Assembly (NCBI GenBank): GCA_010093745.1 | Contig: MU005975.1 | Location: 1-64,000, forward strand | Direction: 5' to 3' | Length of the DNA stretch: 64,000 bases | Source: Piedraia hortae CBS 480.64 | Lineage: Eukaryota | Part shown: piece after piece, positions 24,624 through 37,893 of the stretch | How the letters are laid out: the number at the start of each line of letters is the position of its first letter | Numbering within the stretch: position 1 is the first letter of the stretch | The notes under the pieces: generated by a model | Told to the model about the DNA's origin: nothing | Seen by the model: the letters and a program-made list of their open reading frames with translations, nothing else | Databases searched by the model: none | Translations under genes and position numbers: made by a program

Positions 24624-25679
24624 ATATACCATAATACGTGTATGTACGATGCGTGGGGATAGTACCTAGACTCTAATCAGCTCCTCTGCTGCTGTGAGCT
24701 CGGCAGCCATGTAATGGATGGAATTCGATGATACAGATTTGTCGGGGAACGTTACATTCCAAATTCCAAGGATAAACATCGAAGGACGGAACTACCAGCG
24801 CCGCACCAGCCTTTCTTAATTGGGTAGACTCAAATACTCTGCGTTGTATGCGCACCTGAATCTATAACAGTGAGTCATCTGCACAATCATCCATCTTGAC
24901 AACCGTTGATAGTGCGTGTTGCTTCAGCGAAAGGGCAGTCGTATCTTTTCCACCAATTCCTGCTTCTTGAGAGGCCATTGACCCTCCTTGCGATTCTTCG
25001 ATCGTTGATTTACCGGCATCCCCCTCACATCATTCAGTCAGGATTAGTAAGCTATCGAATTATTGAGGTAATTGCTTTTAATTGGCATGGCAGCGTTGAT
25101 GTGTGAGCTGGAGGAGCAAATTTCATATTCAAATGGCACTGGATTTGAACACAACACATCGGATATTTCTTCATGTCCATCACTTGTGCAATTTTCAATG
25201 AGCTTACCATGTTCTTTGGTAATAACTGGATCCTTCTGAGCAGTGGATTCGGATAAATTTGACAACATGGTCAACTTGCGAAGCAACCTTACAATGAAGA
25301 GCCAATGGAGCTTCGCTTTGTACAACCACATATACAGTAATATAAAAGTCGTCTATTATACAGCGTACGTGACCAAAGCATCTCATCACTCTTGAAGGCG
25401 TCACCCGATTAGTAAAGGTGAGTGCGGGTAGTTTTCCCCTGGGATGTTTAACATTTTTCATCCGTAACTCGACCGATAACATTAATCCAAAACGGACTAG
25501 ACTAACGGTAATAACCAAGGCTCCACAACACGGGAAATTGGGGCGAAAATTCGTTGTGGCTCACAACAAAAATTTCACCCCACAAATCTGCATAATTCGT
25601 TTTGTAGAGAGTATTCCCAACAGCAGTATTCGTTACGGGTTTTCAGAAATGCTGGTGGTACCCTGTTCACTGCAGCATA

Positions 25680-27000
25680 GATTGCGAGCGAGGCGGCCGA
25701 TCACTTGGCCAAGGATCGTGGGATGGACTGGACCTAGAAGCAGGGCCAGCCGCAAAAAATCCAATGCGATCAACTCTGCCGTTTTTTCATGCAACAACGC
25801 AGTCTTGAATTGCCTCTGCAGCCAAAAGAAAAAGCGGCAGTCTGGTTTATAGGCCCCGGCGGCTGTAGTGTTGATGTTGAATGAAGCCAAGAGGGCACTT
25901 GGCTAGGGAAAGGCGAAGGGAACATCTCTTCAGAGCTCAAGAGCAGTACATATACTTGTTAACGTGCCTTTCTTCCGACAGTCTTGACCAGATGGGGAAC
26001 ACAGGTGGCAATGCTATGCTCCGTGTCTCGAGCTTCAACCGCCTGGCAATTCTGGGACGACACCATACGGTGTACGACAAGTTACTGTTTCGAGCAATCG
26101 ATTTGTCCGAAGAAAATGCCAGATTTTTTGCGTCCATATCAAAGAAGTGTGGCACTTCCCTACCATTAACCAGAACTTTTTGACCCCTTCGATTTATCTA
26201 ACGCAAGGGTTCGCGGCAGAAACAGACAACTATACGCCCCTATCCGGCTAAAAACTTTTCCGTCCCAAAATCCACCGATAGTGAGACGCTGCGAAAGATA
26301 AGAGCTGTCGATTGGGAGCGCAGACTTCTGGGACCGTCTTGAGGCTGTGATTTTGACCTTCCATGCGATCAATGAGACCACTACAATTGCCGAATATAAC
26401 TTATACATTTTCCACTGCTGCATCCCAGCCTATTCCAGGCTATACGACGAACTTGTGGCAGCTTCAGAACTCCATATCTTCGGACAAGCTGCATATAAAC
26501 TCCTGTTGCCCATGGTCGAAGCACGATTCAGGGTCCAGATGGATGAGTTTCATACCGCAGCATAAATTAGGTGCTGAATCCATCCGCCGCTCTGCACCGT
26601 TGTCAGGTGCCGTCCTGAGAGATGAGGAGAATTGAGAGTCTTTACTTTTCGGGTGCCTCATAGAAAAACATCCTATATCTGCCTCATGCCGTGGATATAC
26701 TGCACTAGAAAGCAGAACTGCGAACACAAAGATAAGATCATGCAGGCATGCCACGGCGACAGGCTACTCGCGCCGGCGGCCGAATGGGTTGACTGCTGGT
26801 GGGCAGTCGAGAGAACTTTTGGCTGCTGGTCAATGGGGTCTGTCTGTCGCTGTCCAAAGTCGGCCTGAAGCTGGCAATTACGCCGGCTAACCCGACGAGA
26901 TCATCTTCCACGCTGAAGCTGATCCACGCGACGATCCGCAGCGGATACAGGCTAAGAGGGGTGGGTAGAGCACAGTACATCTATATCAATGGAGGAGTGT
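25680..27000 (+). mobile_element. Decayed hAT-family transposase gene
   Basis: LTRWGTQ at 25984, FWDRLEAVILTFHAINE..IAE near 26325, and a C-terminal dimerisation-like segment FW...LSKVGLKLAITPAN..RSSSTLKLIH...QYIYIN (26799-26990). Multiple frameshifts. Confidence 0.7.
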
Positions 27001-28319
27001 CGTTGCATACGAGCAAAGAGGAGGACCTTTTCACCTTGAGAGCTGCTTCAGGGATGAATGTTCGAATGAGTTGGAGGACACAGGGTTGTCGAGAAATCCC
27101 GAATCCTCTTTTGCGGGCTTATTACGAATGTGCTTGCCCTTGGTGATCACCGGCTCCATCATAACATGGGCGAAGAGAGGACAATGACAGATACACGCCT
27201 ATGTCCACTAAATACTGAGCATGGCTCACAGAGCCGACCTCTTCCAGGCCTTTGAGGCCCTCAAGGGTTCCGGTTTTTTCTGAGGGAGGTCATGCAAGTT
27301 GCAAACAAAAAAACACGAAGACACCGTTCGTCTTTTGAAAAATTTAGGCGTCCTAGAAAACTTAATATTCAAAGAGTGGAACAATATTGAACATCCGATC
27401 CCCTTGGACACTTCGCATTGGATCTACCGCAGTATGATATTCTCAGACTCATAATAACGCACGTTATCGTCTCCACTTCCGATGCTCGATAACACGGCTC
27501 AAGATCGGCGTACCCATTCGCACAAAGGGCACCCCAAGGCTATTACTGAGCGTTCACGGGCATCATTCGTGCGATTCAGCGGCAAGTTGGTCTGAACGTC
27601 CATCACCTTCAGTGTTCTACGTCCTACTTCGTCAACCTCGTCAAATCCCTTTGCAAAGATCTCTTGGCTGCCACCTTTGAGTCTTCGGGAAATGGATTCG
27701 CTGGCTGCAGGAAACGGTATCAGATCGACTTCTGCCGCAAGACCGACGAACCGCAAATGAGGACGGAGAGTTCCAGTACTTCGTGAGCAATCTGCGTCGC
27801 ATTTTTTCCGACGAATCAATGTTTCAGGGTGGCATCACCACACCAAGGGATACTGCAGTACCAACAAGCGCTCGTAATGATAGGCCCGTTGGTTTGGGCT
27901 TGCCAGACGCTTTGCTAATAATCTCGTTTCGGACTTGAACGCGACGCCAATGCCTTTCAACTTTCCAAACGAATAGACGACGTACGAGTTGACAAAATTG
28001 TTGTGTGGGAACATACAGATCAGATTATCGACGGCAAGGCTGTTATAATTCACCAACGAACTCCTTTTCTCCAACCATTATCTCCACTAGCGTATCGATC
28101 AAGACGTAGAGGAAGACGGCCTGACATCGTGAATGACGACAAGCTCAAGCTGATGCGTCCTTGGATCCCAACATGGCGCACAAGGGCATTGAGATACTTG
28201 AGATGCCAACTCGCACTGGTGAAGACCGAAGATCCGTTGGAAGAGTTTGTCAAAAAACTTCGGAGTTAATCCATTTCTTTGCACAAGAGATGTGGCGTAT
28301 ATCGTTGCTATTTTTCAGC

Positions 28320-30920
28320 TAGATCACATCTTTGGAAGGTCCAGATTGTCGACTGATACAGTCCTTGTGGGATCACTGCCTATGAACGTCCTTTCTCAAT
28401 GATCAAGCGCAACCAGTGGCCCGCGTCCTTGACGTGATTCTTGGCCATTCGTTCAAGATGATGAGCCACTAGATGTTGATGAGGTCACACAACGCTATCT
28501 GGTCAACTCTGCCCTATCTCGCCCCGCTGTGAAGAGACACTCCGAAACTAAGTGGCATGAAGACTTTGGACCAGGTGTTTTAGGAACAAATGGAATATCT
28601 TCAAGCTGCTTAGGCGTTCGCATCGGGCGGGACAGCACCTTGCACGGCAGGCATGTGAAACTTATGTGCTAGGAAAGATGCACAATTTGGTCTCGAGCTC
28701 GGGACGAACCACTGTTGAAACTAAACCTGACAACTAGTCTTGCGGCTGTTAAGATATATCGTTGCCATCAATCTGAAGAAAGAGTGGGGCAATTGATCAA
28801 CAATTGACTGGAGACAGACAATAATCTTGACGACGTGAATATGGCATGGATTGCTTTCGTAATGGATGGGGCGCCGACAAGGATAAACTTGATACCGGAG
28901 GATATCGACATGATAAGACGCCCATCGGCGTTTTGCGGCACGGAGCGCATCGCGACACACCATTCCACGATCAAACACTCAATTCAGCTACCATCATCAA
29001 CAAGATGTGTTGGGCTCCCAACATGAACAGCTTAGAACCAACTCAATTCAATAAATGGTACTCAGGCCATTGTGACATACAACGCCCCAAGAAATTGTCC
29101 CCGATCTTAAGGTTATTGACACATCAAAACTCTTGTTTGCGCTCTATTAATTGCATTGACTTGAGAGTAGTACCATTTGATGGCGCTTCGAATGCGCTAT
29201 CGAATGAATGTAGTCTTATCTTTCTAAGTGGTATATAGCGTGAGACAACTGCGTTGAAAGTGCGACAAATTTGTGGGACAATTTATTGGCGGGGCAATTT
29301 AGTACTTGGTTGCACCTCGTTTTGCCTTGACAACAACAGCACACCTTCTCTGCATGCTTTCCACAAGTGGCATAGCACTCTGGAGTGAAAGAGACACAGT
29401 ATTCTTCCATATTCTTCCAATCTCTCTTGCCGCCCCTCCAAGCCCTTCACTTCGTCGTCATGTTCCGCCAGCTTCCTCTTCACAATCTCCCAGAGTTGTT
29501 CGATGGGATTCAGGTTTGGAGAGTGAAGTTAACCTGGGCCAGCTTCCAGGTGTGCTTGCTGTCCCCGTCCTGCTGAAGCTTGGTGCAGCAGAGGGACCGC
29601 ATGCTGCTGGGAAAACTTTTCCGCAGAATGCCGACATACTGCTTCGCGTCCATTCTGCCGGCCACATATTCGAATCGGCCGACACCTGCTGCTGCTGATA
29701 GACAGCCCCAAATTATGGTGTTGCCACCGCCAAACTTGACCGTGCCCTACACATTGTGTGGTTCGAGTCGATTTTCATGAGGCGTAACCCACCACCACTT
29801 CATCCCGTCGGACCCGATAATATATAACTTTAGTCTCATTGGTAAAGAGGACCTTCTCCCAGCACTTCACGGCCCATTTTAGGAGTTCTTCGGCCCATTT
29901 CAGGCGGGCTTTCATTGATTTTTTTTCTTACGGAGCGGGGCCTTCTTCTTTTTGATCGCCCTAAACTCGTTCTCTTTGAAAGCCTTGCGGACTGCTTCAC
30001 TTGGAACATCAATATTTAAGTCCTGCTTTAAAGATCTGGCAACACCAGGTGTCGAGTCTCGCTCACCAATGCGCACCATACGCTTGGCACGCCGTTTGGT
30101 AAGTTTATCGAGCTTGGCTGAACGGCCCCCATTGCTATCTACAACGTTTGCACCCTTATCATTCATCTCCTTATGGACTCTTCCGACGATACTCTTGCTA
30201 TATTCGGTATCCTTCGCGATTTCACGGAGCGGTTTGCCCGATTTTATGCCAGCGATGGTGTTCTCACGCTTAGCCGGTCCCAATGGTCGCATGTTGATCG
30301 CATCTGAAAATTTCGATTGTTAGTGGAATCTACAGGCTCTGGAATACGTTGTGTGCACTTTTCACGTGTGTCGGAGTGTTGTGTGTGTTGAATACGACTT
30401 GTTGTTTTGGTTGATGTTGCTGTTTTGACGCGTCGGCAATAAATTGTTCCACGCAATCGTATGACTTCAACATCAACTTTCTCGCGCTATATACCACGTA
30501 CATAGACGAAACTACTTTCATTCGATAACGCATTCGAAGTGCCATCGAATGGTACTACTCTCAAGTTAATGCAATTTAATAGAGCGCAAGCAAGAGTTTT
30601 GATGTGTCAATAACCCTAAGATCGGGGACGATTTCTTGGGGCATCGTATCTGTCTTGCCTACTGGCAACTGTATGTTTTGCTCTGGTGGGAAGCATACAC
30701 TTGCACTTGTCACCATAGCAAAACATCCTCTTACGATGCAGTTTCTAGAACTCATCGTGAGGATCATGGCGCGAAGTGCATTCCCCGCTCCATCTTCGTT
30801 TCCTGCAATTCGTCAGAACTCTCATTGAACGTACGCGTAGCGTTGAGTGTGGATATAATCTCCCGATCCCCAGCCCCAGTACACCAAAAAGGTCATGTAG
30901 TGCGGTGGATTACGTTTTAG
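28320..30920 (+). pseudogene. Possible relic of a cellular (RNAi-type) RNA-dependent RNA polymerase gene, interrupted by the Tc1 element
   Basis: Weak but colinear motif echoes: SPCGITAY..P, FLAIR/QDDE, LSGMK...VF/GISSSCL, LDDV...FVMDG, RPSAF, IQLPSS, and after the transposon WQLYVLL and FVRTLIE. The catalytic DxDGD was not found. Confidence 0.35.
29080..30646 (-). mobile_element. Tc1-family DNA transposon, 1567 bp, with ~210-bp TIRs, TA target-site duplication and a disrupted transposase (29283-30292)
   Basis: 29080-~29291 is an inverted copy of ~30436-30646, with TA at 29078-79 and 30647-48. Transposase fragments: HTH (LREIAKDTEYSKSIVGRV...GRSAKL), RLKWA...WEKVLFTNETK, TVKFGGGNTIIWGCLS, QQDGDSKHT and SPNLNPIEQLW. 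Confidence 0.95.
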
Positions 30921-31200
30921 TTCTGCGCGTACGCTTCAGTAGTCGTGGTCCGAATTTGTCGCTCGTTTTAAACATTCCTTTTCTTTTGCACTTTCGCCCG
31001 CAGCGATCAAGGATGTGAAGAAACGCATCGTATAATGGACAGAATAGTGGAAAATCACTGTTGTATGATGTTCCGCTGATGATTGTCGCTTTTGTCAATC
31101 GCTTTTTTGTACTGGATGTAAGTTATAGTCAATTCATTCCCGGTCCTAGTGCACAAAAAGCCCTGGTGTCATGGTGGCACTCGTTTGCATTGACATTAGT

Positions 31201-31258
31201 TTAACCAGTGAATGATGAGCTTAACCAGTGAATGATGAGTTTAACCAGTGAATGATGA
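31201..31258 (+). repeat. Tandem repeat, 3 copies of a 20-bp unit (TTAACCAGTGAATGATGA..)
   Basis: Three consecutive near-identical units are directly visible. Confidence 0.9.
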
Positions 31259-31835
31259 TGTGAGTTCAATCTTTGAAACGCATTTTTTTGGGTTGCGCTT
31301 CAGTTCTCTTGCATCATTCTCGTTTTTGCTGTCATTGCTCATGATCAAGTTGCAGCGATTCTGAGTCGAAGGTCGCGGGGTCTAAGGCTTCCGACTCCCG
31401 ATTAGGCCATCCGGCCCCACTTGTGACCAATTAGAGTGGAAAAGGTCATCGAGCGATGCCCATGCCGAGGGAATCTGCTGAGTATAGTATGAGGTGCCTA
31501 AGTGCAAAAGCATGCATGCTGTACGTCCAGATGTTCATCGGTATTCATGTCTTGGTGTAAGGTGGACGGTTCGGGCGACGTACCGTTCAGAAGGACAGGT
31601 GGCGGTGAGCCGGTCCTGCCGCCAAGTCGATGAGTGGTCGTAGGCAGACAGTCTGCATGTCGGTTAGTAGGCCTCATCGTTGGCGGTTAGTCGATCAGCT
31701 TGTCTGCTGGTCAGTCCATTGTGATGAGTGAAGTCGGGAGTGTGTGCTTTGTCCCCACAGGCACTAGGACAAATTGAGACAAGCGGGTGTACATTTCGCC
31801 GACTACAAGTCCAATATTGTGCTACTCTACTCTCA

Positions 31836-32706
31836 ATGACTAGCAAACAAGCGCTCTCGACTCTTCGTTATATACCAGAACTGAGCGCCTCGCAAGCTTT
31901 GTCTAATCTCTGCCCCTCAAGCCGGCCAGCTGTCCTCCGAAACCACTTTCCTCACCTTCCTGCGATATCAAAATGGTTTTCACCGAATCGTCACGGAACT
32001 TCCTTTCTCAATATAGACTACTTCACTCCATTCCGTGAAACGATCCTCCCCATGGAAATATCTTCACAAGACCAATTTGCTCGCGGTGAACAGTCTCTGG
32101 GCTTCTTCATCGATGCCTCACAGCAACACAATTCCCATTGGAGGGTATATATCGCACAAGCAGCCCTTTCTGACCTACCGTCTCAGTTGAGGGAAGATTT
32201 CAGATACTACGAATGTCATCAAGCTCCTCTTCAGAATGCTAATCTGGATCCGGAGACGATGGTCCTACAAGCTGGCCGTGGCGACTTGTATTCGACGAGT
32301 TTATGGCTCGGCAGGGCACCTACCTACACACCGCTACATCGTGATCCGAATCATAATCTTTTTGTGCAGATTGCTGGGCAGAAGAAGGTTAGACTTTGTA
32401 CGCCCGATTCCGGGAGAGAGTTGTTCGAAAGGGTGAAAGGTGGAAAGGGAACGCTGAGGACTGAAGAGGATATGATGGTTGGGGAGCAGACGGAGGAGTT
32501 GGAACAAATTGTTTGGGGGCAAGACAATGAGATCTTTTTGGAGGCGAAGCTTAACCCCGGGGATGGCTTGTTTATCCCGCTTGCTTGGTGGCATAGTATC
32601 AGGAGTGTGAGAGAGGGGATGATTGGGTCGGTGAGTTTTTCATATCTCCTGAAAGTGGATATCCAGCTGATTCTTCGTTATGTAGGTCAATTGGTGGTTT
32701 CGATGA
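31836..32706 (+). CDS. JmjC / cupin-like Fe(II)/2-oxoglutarate dioxygenase
   Basis: YIAQ, GRGDLYSTSLWLG, TPLHRDPNHNLFVQIAGQKKVRL (HxD) and LNPGDGLFIPLAWWHSIRS (distal His). Intron 32631-32685 yields the terminal SVNWWFR*. Confidence 0.92.
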
Positions 32707-33834
32707 GGCCTTTAAAAGGACATGTTCGGAAGAAATGAGTAGAGGGTGGGCCTGGATGATGATAAGTGGGCTTATTACCTGGGCATGGGAGAGATTTGAT
32801 CACTGAGTACTGCCCTACTTGGCTAGTGTTCAGGATTCAATGTCTCTTGGGACTTTGATTGATCTCAGCTCGATGCTATGCATTTGGGGAGGAGGCCCAC
32901 TGCCAAAGCATTTGGTATCGCCAGGAGGAAACGCATCTTGCTGCAGCAAGAACCTTGGAAGAATCACCGAACATGATATCGAGATTGTGCCAGAGTAGCT
33001 CTCATGGTGGAAGACTTGTGTGAATAAAGAGCTCGGTGAGGCGCTGCAAGGGAGTTGTTGCTCATCTGATGTGTTCATCTCAACCTCCATGTCGGGTGGC
33101 TATGAGTTTGCCAAAGAGCGCATCGGAGACAAAAAGCGTAGCTGCTTCTCAAGCGGCCCATGAGAAGTACGACAAATCTTGAGATCAGGGAAGCGAAATA
33201 CCATATAGGGTCCTGAAGTGTAAAATGCACCGCAAAGCCCTATATTTCAGAAGCAAGACCAAACGAAGGGCGATCATTACGGCTCCTACGACCAGGGGAA
33301 AATTGCCGTCGAAACTGCTCGCTGTCGGGACATCTGCCATCTCTATCACGACACCTATCCTCTAGAGTTTCTGCGAAGCATCAACGATTGAGACAACGTT
33401 AGAATATGGCGTTTACTTCCAGTACATTCTGGTAGGATCAGTGACTTCGAGGTGCAGTGGGCACCTAGAGTTTTACCATTTTCAGCGAACTTGAACATAT
33501 CCAAGGGCCGTTGAAGACGAGCTCTGTGCCGTGCCTTGTGCAGGCTTGCCAGTGTGATCCTGCTGCTGCCATGGGTTCCCGCTCCTAGAATAGCGGCGGA
33601 CGGGACGAGGACCTCAAGAAGAACATTTTATGACAGCTCACTGACGTGCTGCATGAGTGTAACAACCCATTTATCGACTTCTTTTGGCCACAACTGACGA
33701 CGCCCTTGTTTCTTTGGTCCACGCCCAATTATGAACAATGAACATCCACAAATAACCACGCTAATGCCTGGAGACAGGTGGCTTTGTCCCTTTCGAATGC
33801 CGACGCATACCCTAGCTGAAAGGACATCGAGTCC

Positions 33835-34494
33835 TTGGCCATTCAAGCCCAGTTTTCCCTTCCGCGTCTATGTACGCTGTACAACGTCAGCGCCTGGCGT
33901 TTCAAGACCACTGCGTGGCTGAAATACCGTTTCAGGCGCGAAACATTCAAGGCAGCCAACTTTGAAGCGTTCGCGGCCAAACACGTTGACGACTTCTTTT
34001 TCTCCATGTTCCATGTAGTCCAGGGCACGTTAGCGGTCATACTGCTGGACACCAGCCTGCACATTGGGTCTGAGGACCGGGCTCGTCTCTCTTCGTTATT
34101 TCCCGGCTATCAGGCCTCGGGCATGGACGCCGTGTTTTGGGTGCAGAGGGCCGGCAGGAATGTTTGCCGGTCGAAGCTCCTCCTCGGTATCAGCGACGAT
34201 GACTACAAGAGGATCGCCGCTGCAATCGCGGAGCACCGGCCTCCGTTCCCGAACGTGGTGGTGTTACTTGGGCACGGCCGTCGGGAAATCCGAGAGGCCG
34301 CACTTGCCCTCAGATATGTCGTCGGTTGGCTTCACCCTGGCACGGCGGCTCAACTTGACGATGAGCTGGGCCAGAAACCCCAAATTTCGAGATTCATAGC
34401 ACAATCGATTAGGTTTCGAGTCAGCCAGGACATGATTTCAACTGACCGTCCGAGCAATAGTGTATATAGTCTGTACAATTGTCTGAAAATTTGA
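33835..34494 (+). CDS. Hypothetical protein (start uncertain)
   Basis: A 219-codon, GC-rich open frame with no recognised motif. Confidence 0.3.
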   Translation: MAIQAQFSLPRLCTLYNVSAWRFKTTAWLKYRFRRETFKAANFEAFAAKHVDDFFFSMFHVVQGTLAVILLDTSLHIGSEDRARLSSLFPGYQASGMDAVFWVQRAGRNVCRSKLLLGISDDDYKRIAAAIAEHRPPFPNVVVLLGHGRREIREAALALRYVVGWLHPGTAAQLDDELGQKPQISRFIAQSIRFRVSQDMISTDRPSNSVYSLYNCLKI

Positions 34495-36980
34495 AACAGG
34501 AATTCTCAACCGTGCCCTTGTTCATGTCCAAGAGCCCTAACTTATGAAAGCACCAAGCCAAAGCTAGTAATAATGGCAAGGCCACATAACAGCCGAGGCC
34601 TCTTTGTCCTAGGGACCTTTTCCGGTCATTCCAGTGTACCTTACCAAGACCTCAAGGCCTTGTTCCCAACTGAACTTGATGTATTACACGCCAAACTCCG
34701 TATCAACATTAATTAGCTTCCACCTGATTTTTGAATGCCGTATGGATGCCGGAGAGTTCCAGGTCGTTTGCGCACGATCTGAATGTTTTTGATCGTTGGA
34801 TAACGTCAGTCTGCCAATGGGCTAAACAATTGGTAGTTCTTTCCGTTTGGCCGCAGTTGCGTTTTATACTACAGTGCCCAGCCTCCAAAGTTGAGCTACT
34901 TGATTTTGCGGAAAGATTTGTCTGTCAGCTTTGTTCGTATTATATCATGATTTGATTCAGATTGCCGGTGATGCTAATGTGGAGACGGTACCACGAGGCC
35001 TGCGCGGAGCTAGAGCGAAAGCCTCGAACTTACATCGCGCTTCGATCCTGTCAATGATTGGACTCCATGGTATTGCTCTCCGCACCGGGAGTGTGAAAGT
35101 TCCTTGCAGGTTGAATCGAACTATCGTTACTCGGCTTCGGCAGTTCTGAAACGGGGATTCCTCCCGCCTTATTACCACTGCGCGTAATTCCATTCTACAA
35201 GAAGTAGTCCTCTAATTCTGTATCAGTGATCCCCAGCTCGCCAATCTCTTCAACCGTACCCAAATAAATAGCATCCCAAACATACGCAAGAACATCATCA
35301 ATGTCCACCATTTGCACCTCCGGTCCTGCGTTAGCATCCCAAATTGGCACTGGCGAGGACATATAAATCTCCATCAAGAATTCTGCGCAAATATCGAAGG
35401 GCGGCGCATCCAGCATCTCAATCTCTGGAACTTCAACGGATATGTTCATTTTCTGACTCTTAAAAGGTGAAAGAAAGATAGGTCAGCCTTTACAAAGGTG
35501 ATGCCTTGCCGGATGTTGTGATTTGAGTGTTGAAGCACAAGTATGCAGGTTTGTGCGGTGTTGTGGAGAAGAGCTTGGCGCAGTGCAGCGTATGCTGTGG
35601 TACAGGAGGAAGGATAAGGACGCGGTGAATTGGTTGTGGAACTCGGTTGTAATGATGTCGAGGGTGCACCTTGGCGTAAACACTGTTGAAGATTTTTCGG
35701 CAAGGCGTAATGGAGTAACACAAGATTCGGGAAGCGAAGAAGAATCTTGGGTCAGCTATTCCAGCACATAGCGCGCGAGGTTAATGGGTATGTTCTAGGG
35801 GTAGAGTCGTGCTCTGTAGGCTGTTCGAGGCTGTGCGTACGGCTGGTTTGTTACGATTGTAGACTTTCCAGAGGCTCTGACGGCTGGACACTTCTGCAGC
35901 CAGATGCTCTTCATCCCATATAACTATCGTCGTATTTGTAAATCATTTGGCCCATTGGCTCCAAATATTTATATGACGCAAAAATGTCCCTCATACTGCT
36001 GGCCTGGACCAAACGGCAGCTGGTGCGAGTTATCGAATGTCGCCCACAAGGTGATCTATCTCAAAGAGGGCTTTCCACCTGCAATACGGTTGACGGTTAC
36101 CGGGTCTGATAAATCAGCCCTCTGTTCTTGCCGCACAACCGGCAGTATGAACCGTCTATGGCTTGCTAACCAGATAGTGACAGTATGTTTCGATCCAACA
36201 ACAATTCGGAGACAGTGCTACCATACCTTTTTAAACTTTTGAAGATTCTGAGACAAAGTTAAGCGCGCGTCGCCATGCATGTGTGTTTGCGTGGTCTCAT
36301 GGCATGTGGACAGACCTACTTTGAGGGAGAGCGCACAAACATTGCATCATTCTCGTTTTTGAGAATGATGGCAAGAGAGCAGATACACTCCACCATTGTG
36401 TTCAAACACAGGCACCACGCGCCTTCCTGCCCCGCTCACCTTTCTCTTCGATGATGTCTTTATTGGGGGCGGAGTCTCCAGGAGGTGGCCTAAGGTAATG
36501 CTTCACTTTCCAAATGCACCACAGCAAGGGAGTATTTCCTAGCCAGATCTGATTATGCAAGTCGCAAGCAACTGAAGCATATGATGCCTTGGAGGTGGAA
36601 TTCTTGAAGAGATCGGGCTAAGTCTGCAGAGTTTCTGGATTTTAGATGGTCCGGCATGCGGGATAAGACATGGCGGACAACATGGATGAAATATGTCTGT
36701 TACAGTGCACGGGGAAAAGATCTGTCGTGTGATCTCATTCGTCGCATACGTGATATAGAAATCCGCCACGGTCTAAACTCTCCTATTAGTGACAAGAGGG
36801 GGATTAGAGACGCAATATGTCCTGTCCCAAGCTTTTGAACTGGTACATATAACACGGATGAGCTATATAGTACATGATCGACCTTTCGTCTCAGTTCTCC
36901 CGGAGTATCTGGGAATCACCAGGACCAAACATTCGAACGAGCTATGGCCCATATCCCATATGAAGAGCGTCCTGTCACCC

Positions 36981-37893
36981 TCATATACTATAACTATCGG
37001 GGTAATGACACGAGGGCCAAGAGGCGCCATACATCGGCCAGTATGAAGAGGTATAACCGGAATGACCTGAACTCTGAGGAAAGCCATACACAGGCCGATA
37101 TGAAGAGTATTGACCGAAAATACATGGACTCCATGACTGATTGGCGTCAGTGTTAGCAGGAACCCATCGTTCACGCATCTTGCACACGAGACCGAAAGCC
37201 AAGTCCGGCGTTGCTTTCACTGCGGCCTCGATGTCTGGCCTATTTAGAAGATAGGCTTGGATGAGAAGCGTATTGGAAATGATTTCACGCAGCTCCATTT
37301 CTTCTTCAGCTGTGCTGGTGTACACAAATCGGATGACATCAGCAAGTGATTCGCCTTCTCTGTCCGATTGAATAGCTAGTCCAAAGTAGTTGACGGCTGC
37401 TTCTTTCAAGGAGTCGAACTGGTACTTTACCGCTGTTGCGAACACTTTTGCATGCATGAGCAAGTTTCCGTTGACCTGCTGATCCGTTAGAGAGACGTTC
37501 ACGAGTGATTGCACTACGGATTGAGTACCTTTTCCACGGCGGAAGATGGGATCGACTCAACTTTATAGTGTTGATGGTATGCAAAGTCGATCATCAGACC
37601 TACTGCATCAGGATCATCGGCCAGACGGTCATCTGGATCTGCTGCTTTCAAGTTTACGACGTTGCTCTTGCCTTCCTTGAAACAGTCAGTAAGTGGATTG
37701 TATAAGCTTTTCGAGGTCCACAACTCACGGAGAAGTTCTCCAAGGCAAGGAAGTAGTTTGATTGGGCACCCATGACCATTTTATGCACAGGAAAGGAACG
37801 TGGACCACAGTTAATGGTTAAGTCTGTGAGCTTGCCCTGGTGGTATAACTTGATGACGCCAGTTCTCAATGGGTCTTGCGATTCTGATGCCAT
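36981..37893 (-). CDS. BTB/POZ domain protein (3 exons)
   Basis: LTDLTINCGPRSFPVHKMVMGAQSNYF, EGKSNVVNL..DDPDAVGLMIDFAY and LLMHAKVFATAVKYQFDSLK. Introns 37676-37728 and 37479-37528 (branch sites CTGAC/CTAAC) join the three ORF-track fragments in frame. Confidence 0.88.

Noticed and set aside
31201..31258. CRISPR-like array or C/D snoRNA cluster (ATGATGA boxes)
   Set aside because: The units are adjacent with no spacers, the context is eukaryotic, and no convincing D-box or terminal stem accompanies each unit.
37479..37528. Apparent frameshift in the BTB gene
   Set aside because: It is explained by a 50-nt GT...CTAAC...CAG intron that restores the frame.
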